From Eubacteriales bacterium (lineage in GTDB: Bacteria > Bacillota > Clostridia > Oscillospirales > JAAYXM01): 63,936 nt of DNA. The DNA is taken from positions 1 through 63,936 of the forward strand of contig JAZNOR010000071.1 in the NCBI GenBank assembly GCA_045589235.1, given 5' to 3'. The notes beneath the pieces were generated by a model, which ran no database searches, was not told where the DNA came from, and worked only from the letters and a program-made list of their open reading frames with translations. Every line of letters starts with the position of its first letter. The first letter of the stretch is position 1. Positions 11,607-18,534 of this stretch are shown here, piece by piece. The position numbers and the translations under genes were made by a program.

Positions 11607-12509
11607 ATGAAGAATTTACATTTTGTCAACAAATTCCCGATTTTAGCAACTATCGCGGCTATTTTCTGCATTATTGGTCTTGTTTCACTTCTTATGCTCC
11701 CGTTTGGTGTTAACTTATTTAACCTCGATATCGACTTTGTCGGTGGTACTACATTACAGTATAATATGCATAAGACTCTTGATAAGGCTGAACTTGACAG
11801 TATCGCAAAATCTGTAGAAGGCATTACAGGTTCACCTGTTTCTTCAATTCAGAAGTCCGGCGAAACCAGTGAAGAAGTTGTTATTAAGACAAAAACACTT
11901 GATACCGAAACTCGTGATGCAGTTTTTGCAGAGCTTCAGACTAAGTATAACCTCGTTGAGGCCGATATTCTCTCTGTAGATAACGTTGACCCGGTTATGG
12001 GTGCTGACATTCGTAATGCAGCTATTTTAGCGGCTCTTATCGCTGTTATTTTAATGCTTGTATACATTGGAATTCGCTTCGACTTCAAGTCAGGTCTTGC
12101 AGCTATTATCGCCCTTGTACACGACCTTCTTGTTATGCTTAGCTTCTATGTTATTTTACAGATTCCGCTTAATATGAACTTCATTGCCGCAGCACTTACA
12201 ATTCTCGGTTACTCAATTAACGCTACAATCGTTATCTTTGATCGTATTCGTGAAAATCGCAAGATGCTCAGAAAGGTTTCATTTGGTGACTTGATCAACA
12301 CAAGTATCCATCAGACTATGACAAGAAGTGTTAATACTACAATTACAACATTACTCACTATTGTTATGGTTATCATCTTCGGTGTAAGTTCAATCCGCAA
12401 TTTTGCAATTCCGATAAGCATTGGTATTGTTGCAGGTCTTTATTCTTCTGTTTGCATTTCAGGTCCGATTTGGGCCAAGCTTATGGGTGCAGGAAAGAAA
12501 AACGCATAA
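11607..12509 (+). CDS. secF: Protein translocase subunit SecF
   Basis: 300 aa. FVGGT motif and SecD/F TM block. Directly follows secD. Confidence 0.93.
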   Translation: MKNLHFVNKFPILATIAAIFCIIGLVSLLMLPFGVNLFNLDIDFVGGTTLQYNMHKTLDKAELDSIAKSVEGITGSPVSSIQKSGETSEEVVIKTKTLDTETRDAVFAELQTKYNLVEADILSVDNVDPVMGADIRNAAILAALIAVILMLVYIGIRFDFKSGLAAIIALVHDLLVMLSFYVILQIPLNMNFIAAALTILGYSINATIVIFDRIRENRKMLRKVSFGDLINTSIHQTMTRSVNTTITTLLTIVMVIIFGVSSIRNFAIPISIGIVAGLYSSVCISGPIWAKLMGAGKKNA

Positions 12510-12525
12510 TAATAGTTTAAACTTT

Positions 12526-12557
12526 CAGGGTAGTGCTTTCTGTGCTACCCTGATTTA
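12526..12557 (+). terminator. Terminator hairpin after secF
   Basis: cagggtag...ctaccctg stem followed by a T-rich tail. Confidence 0.6.
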
Positions 12558-12575
12558 TCTTTACGGAGGCTTAGA

Positions 12576-13381
12576 ATGATTGAACTTGGTATGTCAACTG
12601 CTTCATTTTATCCGCAATTTACAGAAGATGCTGCTCGCAAAATTGTTAAACTTGGCTACTCAAAAGCCGAGGTTTTCCTAAATAGCGAATGTGAATTTGA
12701 TGCTGAATATATCAAAGAACTAAAAAAATCTTCGACAATGGTGGGGTAGAGGTAGTATCTGTTCATCCATATACATCAGCAATTGAATCTCTTTATTTCT
12801 TTACTCACTATCCCAGACGTGCGCAAGATGCAATTGAAAAATATAATATGTATTTTGAGCGTGCGGCGCAGCTCGGAGCTAAGTACTTTACACTACATGG
12901 TGACCGGAATTTATACGGAAGTGTTAAAAATATTGATGTAAGTTTGCATATTGATACTTTGGGACGTTTAGCTGATGTTGCCTCTAAATACGGAATAACG
13001 ATTGCACAAGAAAATGTATCTTGGTGCGTATCTCAGGACCCGGAGTATTTAAGAATTTTAAAAGATGCTTTGGGCAATAAAATTGGTTTTACGCTTGATA
13101 TTAAACAAGCATACAGGGCAAAACGCGATGTTTATGAATATATATCGGTTATGGATGACAGGCTTTTAAATATTCACATCAGCGACAACGATGATAAGAA
13201 TTTTTGCCTTTTACCTTGTTTTGGTTCCTTTGATTTCAAAAAATTCATACAAAAACTTAAAGAAATTTCATACGATGGCGCGCTCATTTGCGAAGTTTAC
13301 TCGACTGCGTTTGACAATATTCGACAAATCGAAGCCTCAAAAGTTGCTCTTTCGGAAATTTTAGAAAAAGAGTTAGCGTAA
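12576..13381 (+). pseudogene. Sugar phosphate isomerase/epimerase (xylose isomerase-like TIM barrel), reading frame broken at an A7 tract
   Basis: ATG 12576 after GGAGG encodes MIELGMSTASFYP...YIKELKK, then stops at 12747-12749. The family sequence continues in the -1 frame (IFDNGGVEVVSVHPY...YFERAAQLGAKYFTLHGD...) to 13381. The break is at A7, 12722-12728. Confidence 0.7.
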
Positions 13382-13491
13382 ACACCTCTTACTTTGTCGA
13401 AACTTGCGATAAAAAGTGCTGGACTTTTTTATTATCGCCGTTATATAATTGGTTTTGTCGACAAAAGAAATAAAAAAAGGAGATTTTGCTA

Positions 13492-13773
13492 ATGCGCAAA
13501 CTTTCTAAAGAGGTAACTGATGAAAATGGTGATAAATTAAACCTATTGTATTCTATTATATCTGAAAATTCTTCTTACGGTATTGCTATTGAAGTCATTT
13601 CAAAAAACGATTCTTTAAAAGATTTTGTAAAAATCGAAGATATTACGGTAAATTTACTTGAAATCACTCGTATATTTATGATATTATATAATTATGAGGT
13701 TACTCCTTGCTCGGTTTTTGATGTTTTAGACACTTATTTTGCCGATACTGAGTATTTTGAAAGTCTTATTTGA
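13492..13773 (+). CDS. Hypothetical small acidic protein (93 aa), immediately upstream of nrdR
   Basis: ATG 13492 lies 9 nt after AAGGAGA (the track uses TTG 13486). 9-nt gap to nrdR. I recognise no motif. Confidence 0.55.
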   Translation: MRKLSKEVTDENGDKLNLLYSIISENSSYGIAIEVISKNDSLKDFVKIEDITVNLLEITRIFMILYNYEVTPCSVFDVLDTYFADTEYFESLI

Positions 13774-13782
13774 GGTGAAGTT

Positions 13783-14244
13783 ATGAATTGTCCTTTTTGT
13801 AATCATCCGGACAGTAAAGTTGTAGATTCACGCCCGACCGATGAGGGTGGAAGCATTCGTCGTCGTCGCGAGTGTCTTGCGTGCCAGCGTCGATTTACCA
13901 CTTATGAAACGGTTGAGCATATGGCTTTATATGTTGTTAAAAAAGATGGAACACGTCAAGCTTTTGATAAATCAAAAATATTGAACGGATTAACTCGTGC
14001 ATGTGAAAAGCGCCCGATTCCGCTTGCTACGCTTGAGGGCGTTGCGAATGAAATCGAGCAACTTTTGCAGAATACGTTGGAACGCGAAGTATCAACCACA
14101 ACTATCGGTGAGCTTATTATGGAAAAGCTGCGTGAGATTGACCAAGTTGCGTATATTCGTTTTGCTTCAGTTTATCGTTCTTTTGATGATATCGATTCAT
14201 TCTTAAAAGAACTGCAAACATTTAAAAAAGGTTCTCAAAGGTAA
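13783..14244 (+). CDS. nrdR: Transcriptional repressor NrdR
   Basis: MNCPFC...CLACQRRF zinc ribbon plus ATP-cone. 153 aa. Confidence 0.95.
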   Translation: MNCPFCNHPDSKVVDSRPTDEGGSIRRRRECLACQRRFTTYETVEHMALYVVKKDGTRQAFDKSKILNGLTRACEKRPIPLATLEGVANEIEQLLQNTLEREVSTTTIGELIMEKLREIDQVAYIRFASVYRSFDDIDSFLKELQTFKKGSQR

Positions 14245-14602
14245 GTTTATCTGTATTACGCATATCTTCAACAAGCGCCATAAGGCGCTTGTTTTCTATT
14301 CTAAACATTTTAGTGTCTTTTTCAGTAATTATTACCTCTACTTTGGTCAGTAAATCATTTATCTCATCTAACTCCTTGTGGTGAAGATAAAAAGAGAGAA
14401 AGCGTTGGTTTTTATTCCATAATCCGATTGTTGTCTTGATACTCTCTTTTGCTGCCAACCAATTTTCAGAGTTAAACGCGTTTTCACATATATTAAGAGA
14501 AGATATCATTTCATTTGCAATAATATTTGTGTGCTTTAGACACAAGCAAGTACCTGCAATTATTAAAAACAAAATAATAATTGCTGCTGTTAAATGTTTC
14601 AT
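14222..14602 (-). CDS. DUF4363-like small membrane-anchored protein
   Basis: 126 aa with N-terminal TM. Typical partner of DUF421/YetF genes. TAATG overlap with the upstream gene. Confidence 0.5.
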   Translation of the reverse strand: MKHLTAAIIILFLIIAGTCLCLKHTNIIANEMISSLNICENAFNSENWLAAKESIKTTIGLWNKNQRFLSFYLHHKELDEINDLLTKVEVIITEKDTKMFRIENKRLMALVEDMRNTDKLTFENLF

Positions 14603-15279
14603 TATTGTAGCTCCCTTGGTATTATTGTAACGTTATCTTCTTCATCTACTTGCATCAGAAATATATCTCGTGCCTTTGTGTATCCGTGTTCTATAATTGT
14701 TTGTTTTATCCAAACTTTATCCTTTTTTAATTTTTTTACATTTTCCCAAGTTATATCACCATCAGAAATTACAGAGAGCGGCAAAGCTTCTTTTTGGTAT
14801 TTTACTTTAAGTTCTTGTCGTGTTGGCTTCTCAAACTCAGGAAAGGGGATTACTGTCAACTTTCCGCTTGTTTCCAAAATTGCATAACGCACTTTATCTA
14901 TTTCCGGATAGTCCTTGAGGCGCAATTCTTCGAGCAATTCGTCTAGAGTAAGCCTTATTCTGCGCATTTCTTTTTGGTTTATAACACCGTTATTTATAAG
15001 AATACTGTTTTCTCCAATTATAAGCCTTCTACACCAATTGCACTTTAAAGTTAACGTAGACATAATTATCTCTATTGCCAGAAGTGTCAGAATTGGCACA
15101 ATTCCGGCTATTAACGGTATACCTGAGTCTTGCATCGGTATAGCAGCAAGCTCAGAAATAAGTATTGTTACAACGAATTCAGAGGGGGATAGCTCTCCAA
15201 CTTGACGTTTGCCCATAATTCTAAGTGCCACTATAGTTATGAAATATAGAATTATTGTTCGCACAAAAGAAATCGTCAT
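14602..15279 (-). CDS. YetF/DUF421 family membrane protein
   Basis: 225 aa. N-terminal TMs (RIMGKRQVGELSPSEFVV) and a soluble YetF-like C-terminal domain. Confidence 0.65.
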   Translation of the reverse strand: MTISFVRTIILYFITIVALRIMGKRQVGELSPSEFVVTILISELAAIPMQDSGIPLIAGIVPILTLLAIEIIMSTLTLKCNWCRRLIIGENSILINNGVINQKEMRRIRLTLDELLEELRLKDYPEIDKVRYAILETSGKLTVIPFPEFEKPTRQELKVKYQKEALPLSVISDGDITWENVKKLKKDKVWIKQTIIEHGYTKARDIFLMQVDEEDNVTIIPRELQ

Positions 15280-15290
15280 AAAAATACTCC

Positions 15291-15319
15291 TTGCTTTTTG
15301 TTTTTGAGTATGCTATACT
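15291..15319 (+). promoter_or_regulatory. Promoter for tRNA-Pro (extended -10)
   Basis: TTGCTT (15291-96), 17-nt spacer, TGcTATACT (-10 at 15314-19), 14 nt before the tRNA 5' end. Confidence 0.5.
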
Positions 15320-15332
15320 ATATCTCGGTTAT

Positions 15333-15409
15333 CCGGGTGTGGCGCAGCTTGGTAGCGCGCTTGAATGGGGTTCAAGAGGCCGCAGGTTCAACTCCTGTCA
15401 CTCGGACCA
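15333..15409 (+). tRNA. tRNA-Pro (anticodon GGG)
   Basis: 77 nt folded by eye. Acceptor CCGGGTG/CACTCGG, D arm GCGC/GCGC, anticodon stem CTTGA/TCAAG with loop AT-GGG-GT, T arm GCAGG-TTCAACT-CCTGT. CCA is encoded. Confidence 0.9.
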
Positions 15410-15410
15410 A

Positions 15411-15438
15411 GTCGAAGCAAAACTTGCTTCGACTTTTT
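15411..15438 (+). terminator. Terminator after tRNA-Pro
   Basis: gtcgaagca...tgcttcgac stem followed by TTTTT. Confidence 0.7.
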
Positions 15439-15487
15439 ATTTAAAAAAACGGTGGACTAATTCATAGTTTCTGCCGTTTTTATTATT

Positions 15488-15994
15488 TTATTCAACCCAT
15501 TTTCGAACGCCTTCAATGTGTAAAAAACGCGCCTGATAGTAATCGTATGTGCTGAGACGGCGAAGAAATGCATCGTCCGAATGTGTTGCGATATAGATTG
15601 AACGTGGTGATGGAATACCTCTTGTTGCAACCACAATTAAACTATGATAAAATCTTCCGTTTTCGTCTCCAAGTTGAATTACATCTCCGATTTCTATTTC
15701 TTGTGCATCAACCTCGCGTGCATATGGACCAGCGGATTTATTGGATAATAAGAAATTTGACAAAAACTGAACTCCAGTCCATGCAGGGGCTCTGTTATCT
15801 GGGGAAATATAGTACCAGCCGAGATCACGAGTATAATTCATAACCTTTGCACCTGCATAAATGCATTGCGATACGAAATTTGTGCAATCACCGCCAAGAT
15901 TTGAGAAATCATAATATTCAGGGTTTCTGCGATACGCCCATCTTGCGGCGTATTCTAGTGTTTCATATCGATTATACGGAACATTTATAAGCAT
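15488..15994 (-). CDS. Putative amidase-domain protein (Amidase_6 / NlpC-P60-like Cys hydrolase)
   Basis: 168 aa. GGDCTNFVSQC (catalytic Cys context) and ...YHS... motifs typical of the putative amidase domain. Confidence 0.6.
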   Translation of the reverse strand: MLINVPYNRYETLEYAARWAYRRNPEYYDFSNLGGDCTNFVSQCIYAGAKVMNYTRDLGWYYISPDNRAPAWTGVQFLSNFLLSNKSAGPYAREVDAQEIEIGDVIQLGDENGRFYHSLIVVATRGIPSPRSIYIATHSDDAFLRRLSTYDYYQARFLHIEGVRKWVE

Positions 15995-16028
15995 AAAAAA
16001 CCTCCCGACACATTATATGCATCGGGAG
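15995..16028 (-). terminator. Terminator of the EIIC-like gene; its 3' arm carries the RBS of the amidase gene
   Basis: Minus strand reads ctcccga-13 nt-tcgggag, then g, TTTTTT, then ATG (15994). GGGAGG lies 6 nt before the ATG. Confidence 0.55.
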
Positions 16029-16041
16029 TAAGTTTTGTATT

Positions 16042-17121
16042 TTATAAGTCAAGCTTTAAATCGTTTTCGCGAATCCAGCCAATCTTTCTAAGTAGTGCAC
16101 CTATAATTGGCGTTATAATCGCCGGAAGAACAATTGATATAAGAACTAATCCAATCCAGTCAAAGGCGGTTACAGAGGCTTTTAAACCGTTTGCAATGTC
16201 GCTCATCCAGCCACTATATACTCCAATAGGACCAACAAGACCACAGGTGCCCATGCCTGAAGATACTGCCGCACCATTCATCTCAAGCTTGAACAGGCAA
16301 GTGGAAAGGGGTCCGGTTATAGCCGATGTAACGATTGCCGGAATCCAGATTCGCGGATTTTTGACAATGTTTCCCATTTGAAGCATACTTGTTCCGATAC
16401 CTTGAGATACAAGGCCTCCCCATCGATTTTCTTTAAAACTTAAGAATGCAAATCCGACCATATTTGCACAGCATCCTGCGAGCGCTGCACCGCCTGCAAG
16501 ACCAGTAAGTCCGAGTGCTGCGCAAATCGCAGCTGAGCTTATTGGTAAAGTGAGGGCTATACCGACGATTACCGATACTAAAATACCCATTATAAACGGC
16601 TGTTGTTCGGTTGCCCACATTATTGCCTGACCGACAGCGGATGCCGCCGCACCAAGATACGGAGCGAACCAAATTGACAACAAAACACCGACTATAATTG
16701 TTACAGCAGGAGTTATGATTATATCAACTTTGGTTTCTTTACTAACGAGCTTGCCAAATTCCGCAGCAATTACTACGATAAAATATACAGCAAGAGGGCC
16801 GCCAGCACCGCCTAAAATATTAGCAGCTGCACCGACTGTTACAAGCGAGAAAAGAACGAGCGGAGGGCAGGCGAGACTGTATCCTATAGCAACTGCCATA
16901 GCGGCACCTTGAACTTCGGGGTGATTTATTGTGTCCGCTGCATATGTACCGATTTGTGTAAGGATATCAATACCAAATTGCTGGCCTATTGTTTTCAAAA
17001 TTGTTCCTATCAGAAGTGAAGCAAAAAGACCTTGTGCCATAGCTGCAAGTGCATCAATAAAATAACGTTTTGCACTGAACACAATATTCTTTTTGTTTAA
17101 AAATTGTGATATGTTCATCAT
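16042..17121 (-). CDS. PTS EIIC-like (EIIC_2 family) polytopic membrane protein, orphan
   Basis: Start moved to ATG 17121 (GGAGGT RBS). The 36 extra codons in the track lack an RBS. Gly/Ala-rich 10+ TM protein. No EIIA/EIIB nearby. Confidence 0.6.
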   Translation of the reverse strand: MMNISQFLNKKNIVFSAKRYFIDALAAMAQGLFASLLIGTILKTIGQQFGIDILTQIGTYAADTINHPEVQGAAMAVAIGYSLACPPLVLFSLVTVGAAANILGGAGGPLAVYFIVVIAAEFGKLVSKETKVDIIITPAVTIIVGVLLSIWFAPYLGAAASAVGQAIMWATEQQPFIMGILVSVIVGIALTLPISSAAICAALGLTGLAGGAALAGCCANMVGFAFLSFKENRWGGLVSQGIGTSMLQMGNIVKNPRIWIPAIVTSAITGPLSTCLFKLEMNGAAVSSGMGTCGLVGPIGVYSGWMSDIANGLKASVTAFDWIGLVLISIVLPAIITPIIGALLRKIGWIRENDLKLDL

Positions 17122-17151
17122 AACTTTTACCTCCGTTTTTTTGTTGATTAT

Positions 17152-17180
17152 ACTATAGCACTTTATTTTTGTTAAAACAA
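17152..17180 (-). promoter_or_regulatory. Promoter for the EIIC-like gene (extended -10)
   Basis: Minus strand TTGTTT, 17-nt spacer, TGcTATAGT. Confidence 0.5.
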
Positions 17181-17277
17181 GATGATATTTTACAAATATT
17201 TTAGAATTAACAATAGCATATTTATGCAAAGTATGCTATACTTAAGGTAACTCTATTAATGTAAAGGACTGAGAAGT

Positions 17278-18534
17278 TTGAAAATAGAATGGAACAAAAA
17301 ATATACCACAATTTCTGTATATGCTTTGATTGTTGCTTCAATAGGCATGCTTATTTATTTTTTCTTTGCAAATTTTGGGTATTTTTGCAACTTAACGAAA
17401 GTTTTTTTTAGGATTTTAACTCCTTTTATAATAGGTCTGGTTTTTGCTTATATTTTCAATCCTATTATGGCTTATATTGAAAATGTGATTCTTCCATTTA
17501 TGACACGTAGCAAGCTTACGCGACGTACATATAGAAATATAAGTATTTTCCTCACTCTTATATTAGGTATTGCTGTTATTTCTGTTTTGTTTTCGTTCAT
17601 TATTCCTGAGCTTTTTAAAAGTGTTAATAACTTGATATCACAAATTACATCGTATATCCCTAACTTAGAACACATTCTTGATAGCGTTTTAGATAAACTT
17701 CATATTAGCAATTCATTTGATCCATTAATTGCTAATATCTCAAACTCAATTGAACAGTTTTTTAGTCAAACATTTAATTTCATTTCAAAATCATTAAATG
17801 GAATTATTAATGCAACTATTAACATTACTTCTGCTATTATCAGTATCTTCGTAGGGATAATTATTGCTGTTTATTTATGGAGCTCAAAAGAAACGTTTTT
17901 TGCTCAGGCCAAAAAAGTCAGCTATGCTTTTTTACCAAATTCTTTTGTCGACAAGACCATTGCATTGCTTCTTGATTCTAATAAGATTTTTGGTAAATTC
18001 ATTTCAGGTAAAATCATTGACTCTGCAATTATTGGTGTGCTTTGTTATATTGGTATGTTGATTTTAGATATTCCGTTTACACTCCTTATAAGTGTAATTG
18101 TTGGTGTTACCAACATCATTCCGTATTTTGGTCCTTTTATTGGGGCTATTCCGTCGATTGTATTACTTCTTATGTTGGATCCGATTAAGGCTTTGTGCTT
18201 TGCTGTTTTTATACTTGTGCTACAACAAATTGACGGAAATATTATCGGACCTAAAATTTTAGGGGAATCTACCGGACTTTCCGGTTTTTGGGTTATTTTC
18301 TCTGTAACTGTTTTTGGTGGACTTTTTGGATTTGCCGGTATGCTTATGGGAGTGCCGCTGTTTGCTGTTATCTACACTGCTATTAAGCGCTCGGTAAACA
18401 TCAGGTTATCTGCAAAAAATATGCCGCAAAATACAGTCGCATATGCATCTGAATCTAATCCGATAATTAAAAAGGGGGAACGCATAACAAAAGTATCTTC
18501 TTTAAAAGATAAATCGGAGGATAAAAATGTATAA
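17278..18534 (+). CDS. AI-2E family (PerM/YhhT-like) transporter
   Basis: 418 aa, about 8 TM. IPYFGPFIGAIP signature. TTG start. TGcTATACT extended -10 at 17235-17242. Confidence 0.85.
   Translation: MKIEWNKKYTTISVYALIVASIGMLIYFFFANFGYFCNLTKVFFRILTPFIIGLVFAYIFNPIMAYIENVILPFMTRSKLTRRTYRNISIFLTLILGIAVISVLFSFIIPELFKSVNNLISQITSYIPNLEHILDSVLDKLHISNSFDPLIANISNSIEQFFSQTFNFISKSLNGIINATINITSAIISIFVGIIIAVYLWSSKETFFAQAKKVSYAFLPNSFVDKTIALLLDSNKIFGKFISGKIIDSAIIGVLCYIGMLILDIPFTLLISVIVGVTNIIPYFGPFIGAIPSIVLLLMLDPIKALCFAVFILVLQQIDGNIIGPKILGESTGLSGFWVIFSVTVFGGLFGFAGMLMGVPLFAVIYTAIKRSVNIRLSAKNMPQNTVAYASESNPIIKKGERITKVSSLKDKSEDKNV

Noticed and set aside
11192-11824. 210-aa ORF antisense to the secD/secF junction. 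Similar long antisense ORFs occur at 27590..28192, 26578..26958, 31311..31790, 32455..32916, 33857..34255, 34887..35333, 48489..48900 and 63144..63599.
   Set aside because: All lie fully inside well-supported genes on the opposite strand, lack RBSs, and translate to low-complexity Ser/Thr/Ile/Pro-rich strings. That is typical of the stop-poor antisense frame of coding DNA.
15307-17242. Exact 13-mer AGTATGCTATACT present twice (15307-15319 and 17230-17242), which first looked like a repeat or mobile-element end
   Set aside because: Both copies sit at the right distance upstream of + strand genes (tRNA-Pro, AI-2E permease) and read as TGn-extended -10 elements (TGcTATACT). A third promoter, on the minus strand at 17152-17160, has the related TGcTATAGT. 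I interpret these as promoter consensus, not a repeat family.
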